From: Eledone cirrhosa
Taxonomy: Eukaryota
Reading direction: 5' to 3'
Length of the DNA: 64,000 nt
NCBI GenBank assembly: GCA_964016885.1
Contig: OZ024740.1
Location: 32,612,001-32,676,000 of the forward strand
The notes beneath the pieces are model-generated. The model did not search any database. It worked only from the letters and a program-made list of their open reading frames with translations, and had not been told where the DNA came from. A program made the position numbers and the translations under genes. Positions 1 to 15,000 of this stretch are shown here, one piece after another; the stretch's first letter is position 1, and each line of letters begins with the position of its first letter.

Positions 1-3000
1 GTCTATCAATAGTGTGACAAGGCTGGCCTTTGAATTACAGGTACAGTCTATCAATAGTGTGACAAGGCTGGCCTTTTGAATTACAGGTACAGTCTATCAA
101 TAGTGTGACAAGGCTGGACTTTGAATTACAGGTACAGTCTATCAATAATGGGACAAGGCTGGCTTTGAATTACAGGTACAGTCTATCAATAGTGTGACAA
201 GGCTGGCCTTTGATTTACAGGTACAGTCTACCAATAGTGTGACAAGGCTGGCCTTTGAATTACAGGTACAGTCTATCAATAGTGTGACAAGGCTGGCCTT
301 TGAATTACAGGTACAGTCTATCAATAGTGTGACAAGGCTGGCCTTTGAATTACGGGTACAGTCTATCAATAGTGTGACAAGGCTGGCCTTTGAATTACAG
401 GTACAGTCTATCAATAGTGTGACAAGGCTGGCCTTTGAATTACAGGTACAGTCTATCTATAGTGTGACAAGGCTGGCCTTTTACTTACAGGTACAGTCTA
501 TCAATAGTGTGACAAGGCTGGCCTTTGAATTACAGGTACAGTCTATCAATAGTGTGACAAGGCAGGCCTTTTGAATTACAGGTACAGTCTATCAATAGTG
601 TGACAAGGCTGGCCTTTGAATTACGGGTACAGTGTATCAATAGTGTGACAAGGCCGGCCTTTGAATTACAGGTACAGTCTATCAATAGTTGTGACAAGGC
701 TGGCCTTTGAATTACAGGTACAGTCTATCAATAGTGTGACAAGGCTGGCCTTTTGAATTACAGGTACAGTCTATAAATAGTGTGACAAGGCTGGCCTTTG
801 AATTACAGGTACAGTCTATCAATAGTGTGACAAGGCTGGCCTTTGAATTACAGGTACAGTTATTAGTAGTCTGACAAGGCTGGCCTTTCGAATTACAGGT
901 ACAGACTATCAATAGTGTGACAAGGTTGGCCTTTGAATTACAGGTACAGTCTATCAATAGTGTGACAAGGGTGGCCTTTGAATTACAGGTTCAGTCTATC
1001 AATAGTATGAAAAGGCTGGCCTTTTGAATTAGAGGCACAGTCTATCAATAGTGTGACAAGGCAGGCCTTTTGAATTACAGGTACAGTCTATCAATAGTAT
1101 GACAAGGCTGGCCTTTGAATTGCCGGTACAGTCTATCAATAGTGTGACAAGGCTGGGCTTTTGAATTACAGGTACAGTCTATTAATAGTGTGAAAAGGCT
1201 GGCCTTTTGAATTACAGGTACAGTCTATCAATAATGTGACAAGGCTGGCTTTGAATTACAGGTACAGTCTATCAATAGTGTGACAATGCTGGCCTTTGAA
1301 TTGCCGGTACAGTCTATCAATAGTGTGACAAGGCAGGCCTTTTCAATTACAGGTACAGTCTATCAATAGTGTGACAAGGCTGGCCTTTTGAATTACAGGT
1401 ATAGTCTATCAATAATATGACAAAGCTGGCCTTTTCAATTACAGGTACAGTCTATCAATAGTGTGTCACAGCTTGCCTTTGAATTACAGGTACAGTCTAT
1501 TAATAGTGTGACAAGGCTGGCCTTTGAATTAGAGGTACAGTCTATCAATAGTGTGACAAGGCTGGCCTTTTGAATTACAGGTACAGTCTTTTAATAGTGT
1601 GACAAGGCTGGCCTTTGACTTACAGGTACAGTATTTTAATAGTGGGACACAGCTGGCCTTTGAATTACAGGTACATTGTATGAACAGTGTGACAAGGCTG
1701 GCCTTTAAATTACAGGTACAGTTTATTAATAGTGTGACAAGGCTGGCCTTTTGAATTACAGGTACAGTCTATCAATAGTGTGACAAGGCTGGCCTTTGAT
1801 TTACAGGTACAGTCTACCAATAGTGTGACAAGGCTGGGCTTTGACATACAGGTACAGTCTATTAATAGTGTGACAAGGCTGGCCTTTGAATTACAGGTAC
1901 AGTCTATCAATAGTGTGACAAGGCTGGCCTTTGAATTACAGGTACAGTCTATCAATAGTGTGACAAGGCTGGCCTTTGAATTACAGGTACAGTCTATCAA
2001 TAGTGTGACAAGGCTGGCCTTTGAATTACAGGTACAGTCTATCAATAGTGTGACAAGGCTGGCCTTTGAATTACAGGTACAGTCTATCTATAGTGTGACA
2101 AGGCTGGCCTTTGAATTACATGTACCATCTATCAATAGTGTGACAAGGCTGGCCTTTGAATTACAGGTACAGTCTATCAATAGTTGTGACACGGCTGGCC
2201 TTTGAATTACAGGTACAGTCTATCAATAGTGTGACAAGGCTGGCCTTTTGAATTACAGGTACAGTCTATCAATAGTGTGACAAGGCTGGCCTTTGATTTA
2301 CAGGTACAGTCTACCAATAGTGTGACAAGGCTGGCCTTTGAATTACAGGTACAGTCTATCAATAGTGTGACAAGGCTGGCCTTTGAATTACAGGTACAGT
2401 CTATCAATAGTGTGACAAGGCTGGCCTTTGAATTACAGGTACAGTCTATCTATAGTGTGACAAGGCTGGCCTTTTACTTACAGGTACAGTCTATCAATAG
2501 TGTGACAAGGCTGGCCTTTGAATTACAGGTACAGTCTATCAATAGTGTGACAAGGCTGGCCTTTGAATTACAGGTACAGTCTATCAATAGTGTGACAAGG
2601 CAGGCCTTTTGAATTACAGGTACAGTCTATCAATAGTGTGACAAGGCTGGCCTTTGAATTACGGGTACAGTGTATCAATAGTGTGACAAGGCCGGCCTTT
2701 GAATTACAGGTACAGTCTATCAATAGTTGTGACAAGGCTGGCCTTTGAATGACAGGTACAGTCTATCAATAGTGTGACAAGGCTGGCCTTTTGAATTACA
2801 GGTACAGTCTATCAATAGTGTGACAAGGCTGGCCTTTGAATTACGGGTACAGTCTATCAATAGTGTGACAAGGCTGGCCTTTGAATTACAGGTACAGTCT
2901 ATCAATAGTGTGACAAGGCTGGCCTTTGAATTACAGGTACAGTTATTAGTAGTCTGACAAGGCTGGCCTTTTGAATTACAGGTAAAGTCTATCAATAGTG

Positions 3001-6000
3001 TGACAAGGGTGGCCTTTGGAATTACAGGTATAGTCTTTTAATAGTGTAACAAGGCTGGCCTTTGAATTACAGGTACAGTCTATCAATAGTGTGACAAGGC
3101 TGGCTTTGAATTACAGGTACAGTCTATCGATAGTGTGACAAGGCTGGCCTTTTGAATTACAGGTATAGTCTATCAATAGTGTGACAAGGCTGGCCTTTGA
3201 ATTACCGGTACAGTCTATCAATAGTGTGACAAGGCTGGCCTTTGAATTACAGGTACAGTCTATCAATAGTGTGATAAGGGTGGCCTTTGGAATTACAGGT
3301 ATAGTCTATCACTAATATGACAAAGCTGGCCTTTTCAATTACAGATACAGTCTATTAATAGTGTGACAAGGCTGGCTTCTTGAATTACAGGTACAGTCTA
3401 ACACTAGTGTGACAAGGCTGGCCTATGAATTACAGGTACTGTCTATCAATAGTGTGACAAGGCTGACCTTTCAATTACAGGTGCAGTCTATCAATAGTGT
3501 GTCACAGCTTGCCTTTGAATTACAGGTACAGTCTATTAATAGTGTGACAAGGCTGGCCTTTGAATTACAGGTTCAGTCTATCAATAGTATGACAAGGCTG
3601 GCCTTTTGAATTACAGGTACAGTCTATCAATAGTGTTACAAGGCTGACCTTTCAATTACAGGTGCAGTCTATCAATAGTGTGTCACAGCTTGCCTTTGAA
3701 TTACAGGTACAGTCTATTAATAGTGTGACAAGGCTGGCCTTTGAATTACAGGTTCAGTCTATCAATAGTATGACAAGGCTGGCCTTTTGAATTAGAGGTA
3801 CAGTCTATCAATAGTGTGACAAAACAGGCCTTTTGAATTACAGGTACAGTTTATCAATAGTATGACAAGGCTGGCCTTTTGAATTACAGGTACAGTCTAT
3901 CAATAGAGTGACAAGGCTGGCCTTTTGAATTACAGGTACAGTCTTTTAATAGTGTGACAAGGCTGGCCTTTGACTTACAGGTACAGTATTTTAATAGTGG
4001 GACACAGCTGGCCTTTGAATTACAGGTACATTGTCTCAACAGTGTGACAAGGCTGATCTTTAAATTACAGGTACAGTCTATCGATAGTGTTACAAGGCTG
4101 ACCTTTCAATTACAGGTGCAGTCTATCAATAGTGTGTCACAGCTTGCCTTTGAATTACAGGTACAGTCTATTAATAGTGTGACAAGGCTGGACTTTTGAA
4201 TTACAGGTACAGTCTATCAATAGTGTGACACAGCTGGCCTCTGACTTACAGGTACAGTCTATTAAAAGTACGACAAGGCTGGCCTTTTGATTTACAGGTA
4301 CAGTCTATTAATAGTGTGACAAGGCTGGCCTTTTGAATTACAGGAACAGTCTATCAATAGTGTTATAAGGCTGGCATTTTGAATTACAGGTACGGTCTAT
4401 CAATAGTGAAACAAGGCTGGCCTTTTGGATAACAGGTACAGTCTATCAATAGTGTGACAGGACTGGCCTTTTGAATTACAGGTACAGTCTATCAATAGTG
4501 TGACAAGGCTGGCCTTTTGAATTAGAGGTATAGTCTATCAATAGTGTGACAGGGCTGGCCTTTTGAATTACAGGTACAGTCTATCAATAGTGTGACAAGG
4601 TTGGCCTTTCAATTACAGGTCCAGTCTGTCAATATTGTGTCACAGCATGCCTTTGATTTACAGGTACAGTCTATTAATAGTGTGACAAGGCTAGCCTCTT
4701 AAATTACAGCTACAGTCTACCAATAGTGTGACATGGCTGGCCGTTGAATTACCGGTACAGTCTATCAATAGTGTGGCAAGGCTGGCCTTTGAATTACAGG
4801 TACAGTCTATCAATAGTGTGACAAGGCTGCCCTGTAAATTACAGGTTCACTCTATCAATAGTATGACACGGCTGGCCTTTGAATTACAGGTACAGTCTAT
4901 CAATAGTGTGACAAGGCTGGCTTTTGAATTACAGGTACAGACTATCAATATGGTGACAAGGCTGGCCTTTTGAATTACAGGAACAGTCTATCAATAGTGT
5001 GACAAAGCTGGACGTTTGAATTACAGGTACAGTCTATCAATAGTGTGACAAGGCTGGCCTTTGAATTACAGGTACAGTCTATGAATAGTGTGACAAGGCT
5101 GGCCTTTGAATTACAGGTACAGTCGTCTACCAATAGTGTGACAAGGGTGGCCTTTTGAATTACAGGTACAGTCTATCAATAGTATGACAAGGCTGGCCTT
5201 TGAATTACAGCTACAGTCTATCAATAGTGTGACACAGCTGGCCTTTTGAATTACAGGTACATTCTATCAATAGTGTGACAAGGCTGGCCTTTAAATTACA
5301 GGTACAGTCTATCAATAGTGTGACAAGGCTGGCCTTTTGAATTACAGGTACAATCTATCAATAGTATGACAAGGCTGGCCTTTTGAATTACAGGTACAGT
5401 CTATGAATAGTGTGACAAGGCTGGCCTTTTGAATTAGAGGTACAGTCTATCAATAGTGTGACAAGCCTGGCCTTTTGAATTACAGGTACAGTCTTTTAAT
5501 AGTGTGACAAGGCTGGCCTTTGACTTACAGGTACAGTATTTTAATAGTGTGACACAACTGGCCTTTGAATTACAGGTACAGTCTATCAATAGTGTGACAA
5601 GTCTGGCCTTTTGAATTACAGGTACAGTCTATTAAAAGTACGACAAGGCTGGCCTTTTGATTTACAGGTACAGTCTATTAATAGTGTGACAAGGCTGGCC
5701 TTTTGAATTACAGGAACAGTCTATCAATAGTGTTATAAGGCTGGCATTTTGAATTACAGGTACGGTCTATCAATAGTGAAACAAGGCTGGCCTTTTGAAT
5801 TACAGCTACAGTCTATCAATAGTGTGACAGGGCTGGCCTTTTGAATTACAGGTACAGTCTATCAATAGTGTGACAAGGCTGGCCTTTTGAATTACAGGTA
5901 TAGTCTATCAATAGTGTGACAGGGCTGGCCTTTTGAATTACAGGTACAGTCTATCAAAAGGTTGGCCATTCAAGTACAGGTCCAGTCTGTCAATAGTGTG

Positions 6001-9000
6001 TCACAGCATGCCTTTGATTTACAGGTACAGTCTATTAATAGTGTGACAAGGCTAGCCTTTTAAATTACAGCTACAGTCTACCAATAGTGTGACATGGCTG
6101 GCCGTTGAATTACCGGTACAGTCTATCAATAGTGTGGCAAGGCTGGCCTTTGAATTACAGGTACAGTCTATCAATAGTGTGACAAGGCTGGCCTGTGAAT
6201 TACAGGTTCACTCTATCAATAGTATGACAAGGCTGGCCTTTGAATTACAGGTACAGTCTATCAATAGTGTGACAAGGCTGGCTTTTGAATTACAGGTACA
6301 GACTATCAATATGGTGACAAGGCTGGCCTTTTGAATTACAGGAACTGTCTATCAATAGTGTGACAAAGCTGGACGTTTGAATTACAGGTACAGTCTATCA
6401 ATAGTGTGACAAGGCTGGCCTTTGAATTACAGGTACAGTCTATTAACAGTGTGACAAGGTTGGCCTTTTGAATAACAGGTACAATCTATCAATAGTGTTA
6501 CACAGCTGGCCTTTGAATTAGAGGTACAGTCTATTAATAGTGTCACAAGGCTGGCATTTTGAATTACAGGTACAGTCTATCACTAGTGTGACATGGCTGG
6601 CCTTTGAATGATAGGTATAGTATATCAATAGTGTAACAAGGCTGGCCTTTTGAATTACAGGTACAGTCTATCAATAGTTGTGACAGGGCTGGTCTTTTGA
6701 ATTACAGGTACAGTCTATCAATAGTTGTGACAGGGCTAGCCTTTTGAATTACAGGTATAGTCTATTAATAGTGTAACAAGGCTGGCCTTTTGAATTACAG
6801 GTATAGTCTATCAATAGTTGTGACAGGGCTGGCCTCTTGAATTACAGGTACAGTCTATCAATAGTTGTGACAGGGCTAGCCTTTTGAATTACAGGTATAG
6901 TCTATCAATAGTTGTGACAGGGCTGGCCTTTTGAATTACAGTTACAGTCTATCAATAGTTGTGACAGGGCTGGCCATTTGAATTACAGGTACAGTCTATC
7001 AATAGTTGTGAAGGGGCTGGCCTTTTGAATTACAGGTACAGTCTATCAATAGTTCTGACAGGGCTGGCCTTTTGAATTACAGGTACAGTCTATCAATAGT
7101 TGTGACAGGGCTGGCCTTTTGAATTACAGGTATAGTCTATTAATAGTGTGACAAGGCTGGCCTTTTGAATTACAGGTACAGTTTATTAATAGTGTGAAAA
7201 GGCTGGGCGTTGACTTACAGGTACAGTCTATCAATAGTGTGACAAGTCTGGCTTTTGAATTACAGGTACAGTCTATCAATAGTGTGACAAGGCTGGCTTT
7301 TGAATTACAGGTACAGTCTATCAATAGTGTGACAAGCTGGCTTTTGAATTACAGGTACAGTCTATCAATAGTGTGACAAGGCTGGCCTTTGAATTACAGG
7401 TACAGTCTATCAATAGTGTGACAAGGCTGGCCTTTTGAATTACAGGAACAGTCTATCAATAGTGTGACAATGCTGGCCTTGTGAATTACAGGTACAGTCT
7501 ATTAATTGTGTGACAATGCTGGTTTTTGAATTACAGGTACAGTCTATTAATAGTGTGACAAGGCTGGCCTTTTGAATTACAGGTACAGTCTATGAATAGT
7601 GTGACAAGACTGGCCTTTGAATTACAGTTACAGACTATCAATATGGTGACAAGGCTGGCCTTTTGAATTACAGGTACAGTCTATCAATAGTGTTATAAGG
7701 CTGGCATTTTGAATTACAGGTACGGTCTATCAATAGTGAAACAAGGCTGGCTTTTGAATTACAGGTACAGTCTATCAATAGTGTGACAGGGCTGGCCTTT
7801 TGAATTACAGGTACAGTCTATCAATAGTGTGACAAGGCTGGCCTTTTGAATTACAGGTATAGTCTATCAATAGTGTGACAGGTCTGGCCTTTTGAATTAC
7901 AGGTACAGTCTATCAAAAGGTTGGCCATTCAAGTACAGGTCCAGTCTGTCAATAGTGTGTCACAGCATGCCTTTGATTTACAGGTACAGTCTATTAATAG
8001 TGTGACAAGGCTAGCCTTTTAAATTACAGCTACAGTCTACCAATAGTGTGACATGGCTGGCCGTTGAATTACCGGTACAGTCTATCAATAGTGTGGCAAG
8101 GCTGGCCTTTGAATTACAGGTACAGTCTATCAATAGTGTGACAAGGCTGGCCTGTGAATTACAGGTTCACTCTATCAATAGTATGACAAGGCTGGCCTTT
8201 GAATTACAGGTACAGTCTATCAATAGTGTGACAAGGCTGGCTTTTGAATTACAGGTACAGACTATCAATATGGTGACAAGGCTGGCCTTTTGAATTACAG
8301 GAACTGTCTATCAATAGTGTGACAAGGCTGGCCTTTGAATTACAGGTACAGTCTATTAACAGTGTGACAAGGTTGGCCTTTTGAATAACAGGTACAATCT
8401 ATCAATAGTGTTACACAGCTGGCCTTTGAATTACAGGTACAGTCTATTAATAGTGTGACAAGGCTGGCATTTTGAATTACAGGTACAGTTATCAATAGTT
8501 GTGACAGGGCTGGCCTTTTGAATTACAGGTACAGTCTATCAATAGTGTGACAAGGCTGGCCTTTGAATTACAGGTACAGTCTATCAATAGTTGTGACAGG
8601 GCTGGTCTTTTGAATTACAGGTACAGTCTATCAATAGTTGTGACAGGGCTAGCCTTTTGAATTACAGGTATAGTCTATTAATAGTGTAACAAGGCTGGCC
8701 TTTTGAATTACAGGTATAGTCTATCAATAGTTGTGACAGGGCTGGCCTTTTGAATTACAGTTACAGTCTATCAATAGTTGTGACAGGGCTGGCCTTTTGA
8801 ATTACAGGTACAGTCTATCAATAGTTGTGAAGGGGCTGGCCTTTTGAATTACAGGTACAGTCTATCAATAGTTGTGACAGGGCTGGCCTTTTGAATTACA
8901 GGTATAGTCTATTAATAGTGTGACAAAGCTGGCCTTTTGAATTACAGGTACAGTTTATTAATAGTGTGAAAAGGCTGGGCGTTGACTTACAGGTACAGTC

Positions 9001-12000
9001 TATCAATAGTGTGACAAGTCTGGCTTTTGAATTACAGGTACAGTCTATCAATAGTGTGACAAGGCTGGCCTTTGAATTACAGGTACAGTCTATCAATAGT
9101 GTGACAAGGCTGGCCTTTTGAATTACAGGAACAGTCTATCAATAGTGTGACAAGGCTGGCCTTTTGAATTACAGGTACAGTCTATTAATTGTGTGACTAT
9201 GCTGGTTTTTGAATTACAGGTACAGTCTATTAATAGTGTGACAAGGCTGGCCTTTTGAATTACAGGTACAGTCTATGAATAGTGTGACAAGACTGGCCTT
9301 TGAATTACAGTTACAGACTATCAATATGGTGACAAGGCTGGCCTTTTGAATTACAGGTACAGTCTATTAATTGTGTGACAATGCTGGTTTTTGAATTACA
9401 GCTACAGTCTATTAATAGTGTGACAAGGTTGGCCTTTTGAATTACAGGTACAGTCTATCAATAGTGTGACTAGACTAGCCTTTTGAAATACAGGTATAGT
9501 CTATTAATAGTATAACAAGTCTGGCCTTTTGAATTACAGGTACAGGCTATCAATAGTGTGACAAGACTAGCCTTTTGAATTACAGGTACAGTCTATTAAT
9601 AGTATAACAATGCTGGCCTTTTGAATTACAGGTACAGTCTATCAATAGTGTGACAAGGCTGGTCTTTTGAACTACAGGTATAGTCTATCAATAGTGTGAC
9701 AAGGCTGGCCTTTTGAATTACAGGTGCAGTCTATCAATAGTGAGACAAGGCAGGCCTTTTGAATTACTGGTACAGTCTATCAATAGTGTGACACAGCTGG
9801 CCTTTGAATTACAGGTACAGTCTATCAATAGTTGTGACAGGGCTGGCCTTTTGAATTACAGGTACAGTCTATCAATAGTTCTGACAGGGCTGGCCTTTTG
9901 AATTACAGGTACAGTCTATCAATAGTTGTGACAGGGCTAGCCTTTTGAATTACAGGTGTAGTCTATGAATAGTGTGACAAGGCTGGCCTTTTGAATTACA
10001 GGTACAGTCTATGAATAGTGTGACAAGGCTGGCCTTTTGAATTACAGGTACAGTCTATCAATAGTATGACAAGGCTGGCCTTTTTAATTACAGGTACAGT
10101 CTATCAATAGTATGACAAGGCTGGCCTTTTGAATTACAGGTTCAGTCTTTTTATAGTCTGAAAAGGCTGGCCTTTGACTTACAGGTACAGTATTTTAATA
10201 GTGTGACACAGCTGGCCTTTGAATTACAGGTACAGTTTATCAAACGTGTAACAAGGCTGGCCTTTTGTATTACAGGTACAGTCTATCAATAGTGTGTCAC
10301 AGCTTGCCTTTGATTTACAGGTACACTCTACCAATAGTGTGACATGGCTGGCCTTTGAATTAACGGTGCAGTCGTCTACCAGTAGTGTGACAAGGGTGGC
10401 CTTTTGACTTACAGGTCCAGTCTATTAATAGTGTGGCAAGGCTGGCCTTTGAATTACAGGTACAGTCTATCAATAGTGTGACAAGGCTGGCCTTTGAATT
10501 ACAGGTACAGTCTATCAATAGTGTGACAAGGCTGGCCTTTGACTTACAGGTACATTATTTTAATAGTGTGACACAACTGGCCTTTGAATTACAGGTACCG
10601 TCTATCAATAGTGTGACAAGGCTGGCCTTTGAATTACAGGTACAGTCTATCAATAGTTGTGACAGGGCTAGCCTTTTGAATTACAGGTATAGTCTATTAA
10701 TAGTGTAACAAGGCTGGCCTTTTGAATTACAGGTATAGTCTATCAATAGTTGTGACAGGGCTGGCCTTTTGAATTACAGTTACAGTCTATCAATAGTTGT
10801 GACAGGGCTGGCCTTTTGAATTACAGGTACAGTCTATCAATAGTTGTGAAGGGGCTGGCCTTTTGAATTACAGGTACAGTCTATCAATAGTTCTGACAGG
10901 GCTGGCCTTTTGAATTACAGGTACAGTCTATCAATAGTTGTGACAGGGCTGGCCTTTTGAATTACAGGTATAGTCTATTAATAGTGTGACAAGGCTGGCC
11001 TTTTGAATTACAGGTACAGTTTATTAATAGTGTGAAAAGGCTGGGCGTTGACTTACAGGTACAGTCTATCAATAGTGTGACAAGTCTGGCTTTTGAATTA
11101 CAGGTACAGTCTATCAATAGTGTGACAAGGCTGGCTTTTGAATTACAGGTACAGTCTATCAATAGTGTGACAAGCTGGCTTTTGAATTACAGGTACAGTC
11201 TATCAATAGTGTGACAAGGCTGGCCTTTGAATTACAGGTACAGTCTATCAATAGTGCGACAAGGCTGGCCTTTTGAATTACAGGAACAGTCTATCAATAG
11301 TGTGACAAGGCTGGCCTTTTGAATTACAGGTACAGTCTATTAATTGTGTGACAATGCTGGTTTTTGAATTACAGGTACAGTCTATTAATAGTGTGACAAG
11401 GCTGGCCTTTTGAATTACAGGTACAGTCAATGAATAGTGTGACAAGACTGGCCTTTGAATTACAGTTACAGACTATCAATATGGTGACAAGGCTGGCCTT
11501 TTGAATTACAGGTACAGTCTATTAATTGTGTGACAATGCTGGTTTTTGAATTACAGGTACAGTCTATTAATAGTGTGACAAGGTTGGCCTTTTGAATTAC
11601 AGGTACAGTCTATCAATAGTGTGACAAGACTAGCCTTTTGAATTACAGGTACAGTCTATTAATAGTATAACAAGTCTGGCCTTTTGAATTACAGGTACAG
11701 TCTATCAATAGTGTGACAAGACTAGCCTTTTGAATTACAGGTACAGTCTATTAATAGTATAACAATGCTGGCCTTTTGAATTACAGGTACAGTCTATCAA
11801 TAGTGTGACAAGGCTGGTCTTTTGAACTACAGGTATAGTCTATCAATAGTGTGACAAGGCTGGCCTTTTGAATTACAGGTGCAGTCTATCAATAGTGAGA
11901 CAAGGCAGGCCTTTTGAATTACTGGTACAGTCTATCAATAGTGTGACACAGCTGGCCTTTGAATTACAGGTACAGTCTATCAATAGTTGTGACAGGGCTG

Positions 12001-15000
12001 GCCTTTTGAATTACAGGTACAGTCTATCAATAGTTGTGACAGGGCTGGCCTTTTGAATTACAGGTACAGTCTATCAATAGTGTGACAAGGTTGGTATTTT
12101 GAATTACAGGTACAGTCTATTAATAGTGTGAAAAGGCTGGGCGTTGACTTACAGGTACAGGCTATCAAAAGTGTGACAAGGCTGGCCTTTGAATTACAGG
12201 TACAGTTTATCAATAGTGTGACAAGGCTTGCTTTTGAATTACAGGTACAGACTATCAATATGGTGACAAGGCTGGCCTTTTGAATTACAGGAACAGTCTA
12301 TCAATAGTGTGACAATGCTGGACGTTTGAATTACAGGTATAGACTATCAATAGTGCGACAAGGCTGGCCTTTGAATTACAGGTACAGTCTATCAATAGTT
12401 GTGACAGCGCTGGCCTTTGAATTACAGGTACAGTCTATCAATAGTTGTGACAGGGCTGTCCTTTTGAATTACAGGTACAGTCTATCAATAGTTGTGACAG
12501 GGCTAGCCTTTTGAATTACAGGTATAGTCTATGAATAGTGTGACAAGGCTGGCCTTTTGAATTACAGGTACAGTCTATGAATAGTGTGACAAGGCTGGCC
12601 TTTTGAATTACAGGTACAGTCTATCAATAGTATGACAAGGCTGGCCTTTTGAATTACAGGTTCAGTCTTTTAATAGTCTGAAAAGGCTGGCCTTTGACTT
12701 ACAGGTACAGTGTTTTAATAGTGTGACACAGCTGGCCTTTGAATTACACGTACAGTTTATCAAACGTGTAACAAGGCTGGCCTTTTGTATTACAGGTACA
12801 GTCTATCAATAGTGTGTCACAGCTTGCCTTTGATTTACAGGTACACTCTACCAATAGTGTGACATGGCTGGCCTTTGAATTAACGGTGCAGTCGTCTACC
12901 AGTAGTGTGACAAGGGTGGCCTTTTGACTTACAGGTCCAGTCTATTAATAGTGTGGCAAGGCTGGCCTTTGAATTACAGGTACAGTCTATCAATAGTGTG
13001 ACAAGGCTGGCCTTTGAATTACAGGTACAGTCTATCTATAGTGTGACAAGGCTGGCATTTGGCTTAGAGGTACATTATTTGAATAGTGTGACACAACTGG
13101 CCTTTGAATTACAGGTTCCGTCTATCAATAGTGTGACAAGGCTGGCCTTTTGAATTACAGGTACAGTCTATGAATAGTGTGACAAGACTGGCCTTTTGAA
13201 TAAGAGGTACAGTCTATCAATAGTGTGACAAGGCTGGCCTTTGACTTACAGGTACATTATTTTAATAGTGTGACACAACTGGCCTTTGAATTACAGGTAC
13301 CGTCTATCAATAGTGTGACAAGGCTGGCCTTTTGAATTACAGGTACAGTCTATCAATAGTGTGACACAGCTGGCCTCTGACTTACAGGTACAGTCTATTA
13401 ATAGTGTGACAAGGCTGGCCTTTTGAATTACAGGTACAGTCTTTTAATAGTGTTACAAGGCTGAGCTTTTGAATTACAGGTATAGTCTGTCAATAGTGTG
13501 ACAAGGCTGGCCTTTCAATTACAGGTCCAGTCTATCAATAGTGTGTCACATCATGCCTTTGATTTACAGGTACACTCTACCAATAGTGTGACATGGCTGG
13601 CCTTTGAATTACCGGTACAGTCTATATATAGTGTGGCAAGGCTGGCCTTTGAATTACAGGTACAGTCGTCTACCAATAGTGTGACAAGGGTGGCCTTTGT
13701 AATTACAGGTACAGTCAATTAATAGTGCGACAAGGCTGGCCTTTGAAATACAGGTACAGTCTATCAATAGTGTGACAAGGTTGGCCTTTTGAATTACAGG
13801 TACAGTCTATCAATAGTACGACAAGGCTGGCCATTTGAATTACAGGTACAGTCTATGAATAGTGTGACAAGGCTGGCCTTTTGAATTAGAGGTACAGTCT
13901 ATCAATAGTGTGACAAGGCTGGCCTTTTGAATTACAGGTACAGTCTTTTAATAGTGTGACAAGGCTGGCCTTTGACTTACAGGTACAGTACTTTAATAGT
14001 GTGACACAGCTGGCCTTTAAATTACAGGTACAGTCTATCAATAGTGTGACAATCTGGCCTCTGACTTACAGGTACAGTCTATTAAAAGTACGACAAGGCT
14101 GGCCTTTTGATTTACAGGTACAGTCTATTAATAGTGTGACAAGGCTGGCCTTTTGAATTAGATGAACAGTCTATCAATAATGTTATAAGGCTGGCATTTT
14201 GAATTACAGGTACGGTCTATCAATAGTGAAACAAGGCTGGCCTTTTGAATTACAGGTACAGTCTATCAATAGTGTGACAGGGCTGGCCTTTTGAATTACA
14301 GGTACAGTCTATCAATAGTGTGACAGGGCTGGCCTTTTGAATTACAGGTACAGTCTATCAATAGTGTGACAAGGCTGGCCTTTTGAATTACAGGTATAGT
14401 CTATCAATAGTGTGACAGGGCTGGCCTTTTGAATTACAGGTCCAGTCTGTTAATAGTGTGTCACAGCATGCCTTTGATTTACAGGTACATTCTATTAATA
14501 GTGTGACAAGGCTAGCCTTTTAAATTACAGCTACAGTCTACCAATAGTGTGACATGGCTGGCCTTTGAATTACCGGTACAGTCTATCAATAGTGTGCCAA
14601 GGCTGGCCTTTGAATTACAGGTACAGTCTATCAATAGTGTGACAATCTGGCCTTTTGAATTACAGTTACAGTCTATCAATAGTGTGACACAGCTGGCCTC
14701 TGACTTACAGGTACAGTCTATTAAAAGTACGACAAGGCTGGCCTTTTGATTTACAGGTACAGTCTATTAATAGTGTGACAAGGCTGGCCTTTTGAATTAC
14801 AGGAACAGTCTATCAATAGTGTAATAAGGCTGGCATTTTGAATTACAGGTACAGTCTATCAATAGTGTGACACAGCTGGCATTTTGAATTACAGGTACAG
14901 TCTATCAATAGTGTGCCAAGGCTGGCCTTTGAATTACAGCTACAGTCTATCAATAGTGTGACAAGGCTGCCCTGTGAATTACAGGTTCACTCTATCAATA

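Noticed and set aside
1-45. Transcription-factor-like words in the monomer (TGATAG GATA-like, TGACA, CAGGTA, tetO-like CTATCA)
   Set aside because: Matches of 5-6 bp are expected by chance in any 45-mer, and there is no independent support.
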